A stretch of DNA of 64,000 bases from an uncultured Acidobacteriota bacterium (GTDB taxonomy: Bacteria > Acidobacteriota > Vicinamibacteria > Vicinamibacterales > JAKQTR01). Location: assembly GCA_963809475.1 (NCBI GenBank), contig CAWEJS010000001.1, forward strand, positions 1,050,125-1,114,124, written 5' to 3'. The first letter of the stretch is position 1. Each line of letters begins with the position of its first letter. Below the pieces are notes generated by a model that made no database searches, had not been told where the DNA came from, and saw only the letters and a program-made list of their open reading frames with translations. Positions 38,793 to 46,384 of the stretch are shown piece after piece. Position numbers and translations under genes: made by a program.

Positions 38793-40243
38793 GCAGCGTG
38801 TCGACCATTGGCCCGGCGCTCAGCGGCATCATTCCGGTCATCTGTGTGGCGCTCGCGGGCCTCGCCTGCATGCTGGCCGAGGCGTTCCGAGCGCGCGGCG
38901 AGCGCATGCCCATCGGCGGCCTGGGCCTCATCGGGCTCGGCGGCGCAGGCCTCAATATCGCGCTGCTCTGGGGCTGGCATGCGTCGAGCTTCGGCGTGGT
39001 GACCGCAGACGACTTCGGGCTCTTCGTCCAGTTCGTCCTCGTGGGCATCGGGATTCTGACGATCGTGTTCTCGTCGAAGGTGATCGATCGCGAGGCGCTC
39101 CCGTCGGGCGAGTACTACGCCCTCATGCTGTTCGCCCTCGCCGGCATGATGCTGATGGCGGTCGCCTCGGACCTGCTGATCGTCTTCCTGTCGCTGGAGG
39201 TCTTTTCGCTCGCCCTCTACGTCATGACCGGCCTGCGCCGGCACGTGTTCGCGAGCACCGAGGGGGCGTTCAAGTACTTCGTTCTCGGCGGGTTTTCGAG
39301 CGCGTTCTTCCTGTACGGCATCGCCTTCACGTTCGGCCTGGCCGGCAGCACGCACCTCGACCGGGTGGCGCAGGCGGTCGTGGTCCGGGCCGCGTCGGGA
39401 GATCCACTGCTTCTCGTCGCGATGGGCCTGCTGCTCGTCGGCTTCGCCTTCAAGGTGGCCGCTGTGCCGTTCCACATGTGGACGCCCGACGCCTACGAAG
39501 GCGCCCCGACGATCGTCACCGGCTTCATGTCGACCGCCGTCAAGGCCGCCGCCTTCGCCGCATTCGCGCGCGTGTTCCTGTACGCGCTCGAGCCGCTCCG
39601 CGGGGAGTGGATGCCGGTCGTGTGGGTGCTGGCGATGTGTACGATGATCCTCGGGTCCGTCGTGGGCGTCGCCCAGACGAACCTGAAACGCATGCTCGCG
39701 TACTCGAGCATCGCGCACGCCGGGTACCTGCTCGTGGCGCTCACGGCGGGGAGCGACATCGGCCGGGCGTCGATCCTCTTCTACCTCGTCGTATACGCGG
39801 TGACGAACGTGGGCGCGTTCGCCGTCCTCGCGCTGCTCGGCACGCGCGACGCGCCAATGGAGAACCTGGACGATTACAGGGGCCTCTGGCACACGAGCCC
39901 GGTGATGGCGGGGATGCTCGCGGTGTTCCTGCTGTCGCTCGGCGGGTTCCCGCCCTTTGCGGGCTTCGTGGCGAAGTGGTACGTCTTCAGCGCCGCCGTG
40001 CACGCCGGGCAATACGGCCTCGCGATCGTCGGCGTCCTGACCAGCGTCATCTCGGTCTTCTTCTACGTGCGCGTCATCGTGATGATGTACATGTCGGACA
40101 GGACCGACGCCCCGGCGCCTCCCCGCGTGCCCCGCACGGCGCTGGCCGCGCTCTGGGTGTCGGCCGGCATCCTGCTGTATCTCGGCGTCCTGCCCACGCG
40201 CGTGCTGGAGCTCGCCTCGCGCTCCGTCGCCGGCTTGTTCTAG
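38789..40243 (+). CDS. nuoN: NADH-quinone oxidoreductase subunit N
   Basis: GTGA overlap with nuoM. VPFHMWTPDAYEGAPT motif. Confidence 0.9.
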   Translation: MSSVSTIGPALSGIIPVICVALAGLACMLAEAFRARGERMPIGGLGLIGLGGAGLNIALLWGWHASSFGVVTADDFGLFVQFVLVGIGILTIVFSSKVIDREALPSGEYYALMLFALAGMMLMAVASDLLIVFLSLEVFSLALYVMTGLRRHVFASTEGAFKYFVLGGFSSAFFLYGIAFTFGLAGSTHLDRVAQAVVVRAASGDPLLLVAMGLLLVGFAFKVAAVPFHMWTPDAYEGAPTIVTGFMSTAVKAAAFAAFARVFLYALEPLRGEWMPVVWVLAMCTMILGSVVGVAQTNLKRMLAYSSIAHAGYLLVALTAGSDIGRASILFYLVVYAVTNVGAFAVLALLGTRDAPMENLDDYRGLWHTSPVMAGMLAVFLLSLGGFPPFAGFVAKWYVFSAAVHAGQYGLAIVGVLTSVISVFFYVRVIVMMYMSDRTDAPAPPRVPRTALAALWVSAGILLYLGVLPTRVLELASRSVAGLF

Positions 40244-40276
40244 GTCTGCTGAGTCCCTCGCCGCCACTCCGCCATC

Positions 40277-40440
40277 AGGGGCCAGGCCCCTCCAGGCACC
40301 CGTTGAGGGGCCTGGCTCCTCGGCCGATCAGAACCCGTCAGAAATGGCCTGAAAAGTGCCTGAATATGGAGCCAGGCTCCTCAGAGCACGCCGCGAGGGG
40401 CCTGGCCCCTCAGACACTGGCGCGAGGAGCCTGGCTCCTC
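40277..40440. repeat. cluster of five GC-rich palindromes (GAGGGGCCTGGCCCCTC family) in the nuoN/selA convergent gap
   Basis: Copies at 40277-40291, 40305-40321, 40368-40382, 40395-40411 and 40424-40440. The last three are spaced 27-29 nt apart and each is followed by TCAGA. Confidence 0.9.
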
Positions 40441-40451
40441 AGATGGAGGAC

Positions 40452-41906
40452 CTACGCGACAGAGAGCAGTCCGGCGATCAACAGCTCGTCCTCGTCCTCG
40501 AAAACGGTCCTGAGATCGAGGACAACGCGGTCGTGCTCGATGCGTGCGATGACGGGCATCCCGAGGCCGCGGAGCGCAGCTTCGAAGGCGTCGGCGGAGA
40601 GGGTGCGATGGGTGAGGGCCAGCAGCGTCGTCGGCAGCGTGAGCCCCGGCGTCGTGCCTCCTCCGATGGTGGAGCGGCCGTCGACGATCTCACAGGCGAA
40701 GAGGCCCGAGGACGCGAGCCCGCCGGCCACGGCCCGCGTCCGGCCTTCGATGGACTCCGGCGTCCGCGTCAGCATGCGCAGCACGGGAATCGACTCGACC
40801 GCGCGGCCGGTCGCGTACTCGGTGAGCGTTCCGGTCAGCGCGGCGTATGTCATCTTGTCGACGCGAAACGCACGCATCAGCGGGTGCCGCCGGATTCGGT
40901 CGAGGCGTCCTCGCGTGCCCAGGATGATGCCGGCCTGGGGCCCGCCGAGGAGCTTGTCGCCGCTCACGCACACCACATCGACTCCGGCCGTGATGCTGGC
41001 CTGAATGGTCGGCTCGTCACGGAGGAACGGCTCCAGCCAGGGCGCACCGCCCGCCCGCAGGCCCGCGAGCTCCGCGGACTGCACGAGCCCTCCGATGAGG
41101 TTGCCGCTGCCGAGATCCTCGGCGACGCCCACCCGGTGCCGCCGCCCGACGTCCACGAGTTCGGCGAGCGTGGGCCGCTCGGTGAACCCTTCGATGGTGA
41201 AATTCGAGCGATGGACGCGAAGGACGAGCGCCGTCCGGTCCGAGACCGCCGCATCGTAATCGCCGGCGCGCGTCCGGTTGGTCGTGCCCACTTCCCGCAG
41301 AATGGCCCCGGACTGCGCCATCACGTCGGGCACACGGAACCCGCCGCCGATCTCCACCAGCTCCCCGCGCGAGACGACGACCTCGCGCCCCGCCGCCAGC
41401 GCCGCCAGCACCAGCATCGTCGCCGCGGCGTTGTTGTTGACGACAACGGCCGACTCGGCGCCGGTCAGGCGGCAGAGGAGATCCGCCGCGTGCTCGTCGC
41501 GCCGGCCCCGGACCCCCGCCGCCAGGTCGTACTCCAGAGTCGAGTAACGGCGTCCGATGCTGCGGACCTGTTCCAGGGCGCTCTCGCAGAGCGGCGCGCG
41601 TCCCAGGTTGGTGTGGACGATGACGCCGGTAGCGTTGATGACCGGACGCAGCGTCGGCTGGAAGAGGCGATTCAGCCGCGGTTCGAGATTCACTTCGATG
41701 ATGGCAGCAGCCTCCTCCGGCGTCGCAGGCAGGATGGACCTGACACCCGTTGCGGAAACAGCCGCGGCCAACTGCCTGCGCAGCGCATCGGCCTCGTCCC
41801 GGAGGGCCTGCACGACCGCCCCGTGGCCATACCGCTCCAGGAGCGCCGCCACGCGCGGGCGCTGGCGCAGGTGCTCGATTGACGGAACGATGCGGAGGTC
41901 GGCCAT
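40452..41906 (-). CDS. selA: L-seryl-tRNA(Sec) selenium transferase
   Basis: MADLRIVPSIEHL.. N-terminus, NNNAAA motif, PLP-lysine context SGDKLLGGPQAG. Confidence 0.9.
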   Translation of the reverse strand: MADLRIVPSIEHLRQRPRVAALLERYGHGAVVQALRDEADALRRQLAAAVSATGVRSILPATPEEAAAIIEVNLEPRLNRLFQPTLRPVINATGVIVHTNLGRAPLCESALEQVRSIGRRYSTLEYDLAAGVRGRRDEHAADLLCRLTGAESAVVVNNNAAATMLVLAALAAGREVVVSRGELVEIGGGFRVPDVMAQSGAILREVGTTNRTRAGDYDAAVSDRTALVLRVHRSNFTIEGFTERPTLAELVDVGRRHRVGVAEDLGSGNLIGGLVQSAELAGLRAGGAPWLEPFLRDEPTIQASITAGVDVVCVSGDKLLGGPQAGIILGTRGRLDRIRRHPLMRAFRVDKMTYAALTGTLTEYATGRAVESIPVLRMLTRTPESIEGRTRAVAGGLASSGLFACEIVDGRSTIGGGTTPGLTLPTTLLALTHRTLSADAFEAALRGLGMPVIARIEHDRVVLDLRTVFEDEDELLIAGLLSVA

Positions 41907-41917
41907 GGCTGGTGCGC

Positions 41918-41990
41918 GTTCTCGGTTCTCTGCCTTCTTGCTTCTGACAACCGTTCGTTGGCGCTTCTGGCTGTTGACTTCTTCTTGTTG
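41918..41990. repeat. pyrimidine-rich short-period repeat tract (CTTCTGG / CTTCTTG units) upstream of selA
   Basis: GTTCTCGGTTCTCTGCCTTCTTGCTTCTGAC..GCGCTTCTGGCTGTTGACTTCTTCTTGTTG. The same units occur at 33207-33220 and 56554-56575. Confidence 0.7.
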
Positions 41991-42062
41991 CCCGCTGTCG
42001 CGGTCTCAGGATACCATCAGCCGTCCGCGCGGTGATGGTCACGGCGCGGCTCCTGCGACCTG

Positions 42063-42530
42063 ATGACGGAACCGCCGCGCCCTTCCGACTCGTCCGCGCA
42101 GCCCCAGGACGACGATCCTGCGGCCACGCCGGCGTTCCGGCCCCGCGATCAGTTCTGGCCGTACGCCGACCTGCAGGAAGAGCCGTCAGACGAGGAGTTG
42201 GCGCGCCTGGATCCGGATCTGCAGGCCGCTCTCTTCGAGCATCCTCCTGCGCGCCCCTTCTCGTTCACGCTGGTGTTTGCACCGTTCGACGGCCCGGACT
42301 ACGCCAGGTCGCTGGAGATGGCCCGCGCGAGCGGCGACTGTCTGGACGTCACCGCCGGCGGCGAATTGCGGCACCGGGCCCGATTCACACCGGAGCAGGT
42401 GCTGGCGCTGCGCGATCTGTGGCAGTTGGTGGGAGGCTTCGACACGAGCGAGGTGCTCGTCGACGACCGGCCGCTGCCCTACGCGCGCGAGCTCTGGCTG
42501 CCGCTCCTCTGGTATCTCCTTCCACGCTAG
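42063..42530 (+). CDS. hypothetical protein (acidic disordered N-terminus, small C-terminal domain)
   Basis: 155-aa ORF with no recognised motif. Its stop overlaps the start of the next gene (TAGTG). Confidence 0.5.
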   Translation: MTEPPRPSDSSAQPQDDDPAATPAFRPRDQFWPYADLQEEPSDEELARLDPDLQAALFEHPPARPFSFTLVFAPFDGPDYARSLEMARASGDCLDVTAGGELRHRARFTPEQVLALRDLWQLVGGFDTSEVLVDDRPLPYARELWLPLLWYLLPR

Positions 42531-43120
42531 TGCCCCGCGGATCCGAACTCGAAGCCGGTCTCCAGAGGCTCGAAGCCGACCTTCGCAAGCTCGAGGCCGA
42601 GTACAACATGTTCTTCGCCGGGCAGCTGCCGCGGCCGCCGTGGGAGACGCGAACCCACGTCGAGCAGTCGGTGACGCGGCTGGAGCGCGCCGGGCTGATC
42701 GCGGGCTCCTATGCGGAGCGCTTCAAGCTGCACTCGCTGCAGTCGCGGCTCGCCACGTTCATCGATTTGTGGGACCGCGGGCTGAGAGCGCGCGAGGAAG
42801 GGCGTCCCGGTCCGTTTTCGCGCAAGGGCCGCACGGAGGCGCCCGCACCGGCCCAGAGCGATCGCGTGGTCTACGTCACCGTGTTCGCCGACCCCGTCAA
42901 CGAACTGGACCGCCTGCGGGAGCTCTACGAGCGCATCACCGACGTGCGCCGCGAGTTGGGGGAGACGCAAGTGCCGTTTCACAAGTTCGCGGGCCTCATC
43001 CGTGATAAAGTCGCCGTCCTCAAGAGGCGCGGCGCACCCGAAGTCGCGTTCCGCGTGACCGTCCACGGCGGCAGGGTCACCTTCAGCGCCCGTGGGCTGA
43101 AGGGCACGCCGGACAGCTAG
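42530..43120 (+). CDS. conserved hypothetical protein, MXAN_5187-family-like
   Basis: GTG start at 42530. The pattern LEAEYNMFFAGQLPRPP..RFKLHSLQSRLATFIDLWDRGLRAREEG recalls that family, from memory and not verified. Confidence 0.5.
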   Translation: MPRGSELEAGLQRLEADLRKLEAEYNMFFAGQLPRPPWETRTHVEQSVTRLERAGLIAGSYAERFKLHSLQSRLATFIDLWDRGLRAREEGRPGPFSRKGRTEAPAPAQSDRVVYVTVFADPVNELDRLRELYERITDVRRELGETQVPFHKFAGLIRDKVAVLKRRGAPEVAFRVTVHGGRVTFSARGLKGTPDS

Positions 43121-43214
43121 GCGGGTACAGGACGCCGGCGGCGCTTCACCCGTCACCAATCGACTGGTTGCCTCTTCGAGATGTTGTCGGGGTGCGCGGG
43201 ATTCGGGGGGAACG

Positions 43215-43241
43215 CCCCGGGGCGGGCGGGCCGCCCCGGGG
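43215..43241. terminator. 11-bp GC hairpin CCCCGGGGCGG-GCGGG-CCGCCCCGGGG downstream of cspA and of the 42530 gene
   Basis: Perfect inverted repeat in the convergent gap. No U tract. Confidence 0.4.
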
Positions 43242-43260
43242 GAAGTCTCGGAAGGAGTCG

Positions 43261-43464
43261 CTAGATCTTCACGACGTTGCCGGCCTGCGGCCCCTTGGGG
43301 CCGTCGACGATTTCGAACTCGACCGCCTGGCCCTCTTCGAGCGAGCGGAAGCCGTTGCCCGTGATGGCGGAGTAGTGGACGAACACGTCGCTCCCGCCTT
43401 CACGCTCGATGAATCCAAACCCCTTCGCGTTGTTGAACCACTTCACCTTGCCTGTGATGCGCAT
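43261..43464 (-). CDS. cspA: cold-shock protein (CspA family)
   Basis: [12 protein letters not shown] (RNP1) and DVFVHYS (RNP2). 67 aa. Confidence 0.95.
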   Translation of the reverse strand: MRITGKVKWFNNAKGFGFIEREGGSDVFVHYSAITGNGFRSLEEGQAVEFEIVDGPKGPQAGNVVKI

Positions 43465-43594
43465 GCTTGCCCTGCCTTGCCTCTGTGCGGTGCCGTGCGC
43501 ACCGCGCGTCTTGCCTGCCCCCGGCTGCCGCCGGGGAACGTCCTGCGAACCGCTTGCACAGCGGCCGGTACTGGCTCGTCAGCACCTGATCGGC

Positions 43595-43624
43595 ATGTTA
43601 CCGGCCGACTTTGCGGGGTGTCAA
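43595..43624 (-). promoter_or_regulatory. candidate sigma70 promoter for cspA, giving a ~120-nt 5' UTR
   Basis: Minus strand: TTGACA (43619-43624), 18 nt spacer, TAACAT (43595-43600). Confidence 0.45.
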
Positions 43625-43645
43625 GGCAAGCGGACGGCATATACT
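43618..43645 (+). promoter_or_regulatory. candidate promoter for purH
   Basis: GTGTCA (43618-43623), 16 nt spacer, TATACT (43640-43645), about 50 nt upstream of the purH ATG. Confidence 0.3.
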
Positions 43646-43698
43646 CTCTGGCGGCCGCCGGCGACGGCCAGGTGCATCCTCATCTCGCGGGGGTCGTC

Positions 43699-45303
43699 AT
43701 GCGCGCATTGATCAGTGTGTCGAACAAGGCCGGCCTCGAGGCGTTCGCCCGCGGCCTCGTGCAGCGGGGATGGGACATCGTCTCAACGGGCGGCACGGCG
43801 CGCGCCCTGGCCGAGGCCGGCGTGCCGGTCGTCCAGGTGGCGGACGTGACCGGCGCGCCCGAGATGATGGACGGGCGCGTCAAGACGCTGCACCCGATGG
43901 TCCACGGCGGCATCCTCGCGCGGCGCGATCACGCGAGCGACCGGGAGGCGATGGCGCGGTTCGGGATCACGCCCATCGACATGGTGGTCGTCAATCTCTA
44001 CCCGTTCCGCGAGACCGCAGCCAGGCCGGGGACGAGCTTCGAGGCCCTCGTCGAAGACATCGACATCGGCGGGCCGTCGATGATCCGGGGCGCCGCCAAG
44101 AACTTCAAGGATGTGCTGGTCGTCACGTCGCCCGACGACTACGCGCGCGTGCTGGCCGCGCTGGACGAACCCGGCGGGCCGTTCATGGACCTCCGCCTCG
44201 ACCTCGCGAGACAGGCGTTCGCCCACACGGCCGCCTACGACACCGCGATTGCCAACGAACTCGAGGCGGTGGCCGTCGAGGAGGGCGAGTGCCGGCGCGT
44301 CGCCGTGCGCGAGCCGCTGCCGCCGCGCCTCGTCATCGCCACGAGCCGCTTCCGCACGCTGCGCTACGGCGAGAACCCGCACCAGGCCGGCGGCTGGTAC
44401 GTCCCCACCGACGTGGCGCGCGGGGACCTGCCCGCGGTGCTCCAGGGAAAGGAACTGTCGTTCACGAACCTGCTCGACGTCGATGCGGCGTCGCGCATCG
44501 TGTCGGAGTTCGTCGAGCCGGCGGCGGCCGTCATCAAGCACACCAACCCGTGCGGCGCCGCGACCGGTCTCGCGCTCGCCGAGGCCTACGTCCGCGCGCG
44601 GGACGCGGACCCGCTCTCGGCCTACGGCGGCATCGTCGGCTGCAACCGCGAGATCGACGGCGCCACCGCGCAGGCCATCGCGGCCACCTTCATCGAGGCG
44701 GTCATTGCGCCATCGATCACCGAAGAGGCGCTGGCCGTGCTCGCGGCGAAGAAGAACCTGCGGCTCGTGATCGCTCCGGCCGCCTTCGCGGGCGGCGCCG
44801 GCGTCAGCCGCACGCTCGGCCGGCTCGACCTCCGCTCGGCCCTCGGCGGGATCCTCGCGCAGGAGGTGGACCGCGTGAGCGAAGCCCGGGACGAGTGGCC
44901 GCGCGAAGGCGCTCCCGAGGTCGTGTCGAAGCGGGCACCGACGGCCGCCGAATGGAAGGCCCTGCGCTTCGCGTGGCGGGTGTGCGCCCACGTGAAATCG
45001 AATACCGTGATCTTCACGTCGGAGGACCGCACACTGGCGATCGGGGCGGGTCAGATGAGCCGCGTCGACGCCGTCAACGTCGCCAGGATGAAAGCCGACG
45101 CAACGAAGGCGCCGCTCGCGGGATCGGTCGCGGCGTCCGACGCGTTCTTCCCCTTCCGCGACGGCCTCGATGCCATCGCCGCCGCCGGGGCGACGGCCGT
45201 CGTGCAGCCGGGCGGGTCCGTGCGCGACGCGGACGTCATCGCCGCCGCCGACGAACACGGCATGGCGATGATCGTGACGCGCCGCCGGCACTTCAGGCAC
45301 TAG
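43699..45303 (+). CDS. purH: bifunctional AICAR formyltransferase / IMP cyclohydrolase
   Basis: [17 protein letters not shown].., GRVKTLHP, PurH-like to the C-terminal RRHFRH. Confidence 0.95.
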   Translation: MRALISVSNKAGLEAFARGLVQRGWDIVSTGGTARALAEAGVPVVQVADVTGAPEMMDGRVKTLHPMVHGGILARRDHASDREAMARFGITPIDMVVVNLYPFRETAARPGTSFEALVEDIDIGGPSMIRGAAKNFKDVLVVTSPDDYARVLAALDEPGGPFMDLRLDLARQAFAHTAAYDTAIANELEAVAVEEGECRRVAVREPLPPRLVIATSRFRTLRYGENPHQAGGWYVPTDVARGDLPAVLQGKELSFTNLLDVDAASRIVSEFVEPAAAVIKHTNPCGAATGLALAEAYVRARDADPLSAYGGIVGCNREIDGATAQAIAATFIEAVIAPSITEEALAVLAAKKNLRLVIAPAAFAGGAGVSRTLGRLDLRSALGGILAQEVDRVSEARDEWPREGAPEVVSKRAPTAAEWKALRFAWRVCAHVKSNTVIFTSEDRTLAIGAGQMSRVDAVNVARMKADATKAPLAGSVAASDAFFPFRDGLDAIAAAGATAVVQPGGSVRDADVIAAADEHGMAMIVTRRRHFRH

Positions 45304-45306
45304 AGC

Positions 45307-45381
45307 GATGGGGTCGGACTCGACCGCCAGCGATCCGGCGGTCGAGTCTGACCCCATCCCCGGCGGTCGAGTCTGACCCCA
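45307..45381. terminator. 22-bp hairpin plus a duplicated right arm in the purH/hldA convergent gap
   Basis: GATGGGGTCGGACTCGACCGCC (45307-45328), 8-nt loop, GGCGGTCGAGTCTGACCCCATC (45337-45358). The right arm repeats at 45362-45381. Confidence 0.5.
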
Positions 45382-45391
45382 CCGACTCCCG

Positions 45392-46384
45392 CTACCCGAA
45401 CTCGGCGAGCAGTTCGGCGGGCGACACGGTGGCCGCCCCGAACTTCCCCACCACGATGCCGGCGGCATGATTGGCGAGCACGGCGGCCTCGGCGAGGGTC
45501 GCGCCGGCGGCGAGCCCGAGCGCGAGCGTCGCGATCACGGTGTCACCGGCGCCGGTCACGTCGGCCACTTCGCGCGCCACGGCAGGGTAGTGGGCCTCGC
45601 CCGCGGCGTCGAGCATCGACATCCCGTGTTCGCCGCGCGTGATCAGCACGCCCTGGCACCGCGCGCTGTCGAGGAACCGCCGGCCCGCCCGGCCCGCGTC
45701 GGCGTCGCTTCGGATGCGCATGTGCGTGGCGGTTTCCGCCTCGTGGTGATTCGGCGTGACGAGCGTCGTGCCGGCGTAGAAGTCGATGTGCGGGATCTTC
45801 GGGTCGACCAGGACCGGGATCGCCCTGCCGCGGGCGAGTTCGGTGACCGCGGCCACGAGCGCGCGTGTCACCGCGCCCTTCAGGTAGTCGGAGACCACGA
45901 TGACCCCGGCCTGCTCGAGCGCGCGCGCGGCCTGGGCGATCAGGTCGCGCTCGACGTCGCCGCCCGCCTCGGTGTCGTCCTCGAAGTCCACGCGGGCCAC
46001 CTGCTGGTTGCGCGTGGTGACGATGCGCTGCTTGGTCGTCGTCGGGCGTGACGGGTCGACGACGAGTCCCTCGCCGCCCAGTCCCCGTGCGGCGAGTTCC
46101 GCCCGGAGCCGATCGGCGGCGGCGTCGCGGCCGACGAGGCCGACGAGGCGGACGCCCCCGCCGAGCGCCCGCACGTTGGCCGCGACGTTCCCCGCGCCGC
46201 CGACCCGGTACTCGTCGTGGTCGTGCTCCACCACCGGGACGGGCGCCTCCGGTGAGATCCGGCTCACGCGCCCGACGACGAAGTGATCCAGCATCACGTC
46301 GCCGACGACGAGCACCGACACCGACGGGAAACGTTCCACGATCGCGCGCGCGCGCCCGGCTGGCAGGGGAGATGGCACCGTCAT
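45392..46384 (-). CDS. hldA: D-glycero-beta-D-manno-heptose-7-phosphate kinase (stand-alone RfaE domain I)
   Basis: Start at MTVPSP (ATG 46382-46384). VLVVGDVMLDHF and the PfkB motif DVTGAGDTVIA. Confidence 0.85.
   Translation of the reverse strand: MTVPSPLPAGRARAIVERFPSVSVLVVGDVMLDHFVVGRVSRISPEAPVPVVEHDHDEYRVGGAGNVAANVRALGGGVRLVGLVGRDAAADRLRAELAARGLGGEGLVVDPSRPTTTKQRIVTTRNQQVARVDFEDDTEAGGDVERDLIAQAARALEQAGVIVVSDYLKGAVTRALVAAVTELARGRAIPVLVDPKIPHIDFYAGTTLVTPNHHEAETATHMRIRSDADAGRAGRRFLDSARCQGVLITRGEHGMSMLDAAGEAHYPAVAREVADVTGAGDTVIATLALGLAAGATLAEAAVLANHAAGIVVGKFGAATVSPAELLAEFG

Noticed and set aside
40277-40440. Possible CRISPR array, given regularly spaced palindromic repeats.
   Set aside because: The repeat units are only 15-17 nt and imperfectly conserved. 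The spacers are only ~10-12 nt, there are only 3-5 units, and no cas genes are in the window. The cluster fits REP-like hairpins instead.
40244-42062. tRNA-Sec or SECIS-like element next to selA.
   Set aside because: No sequence has an 8-bp acceptor stem with a UCA anticodon loop (..CUUCAAA..). The hairpins downstream of selA belong to the dispersed palindrome family.
43465-43698. ZTP (pfl) riboswitch upstream of purH.
   Set aside because: I looked for the GGGUCGUGACUGGCG and CCGCCUGGGC consensus blocks. Only loose resemblances are present (CUCUGGCGG, CGGCCAGGUGCA), and most of the region is better explained as the cspA 5' UTR on the other strand.
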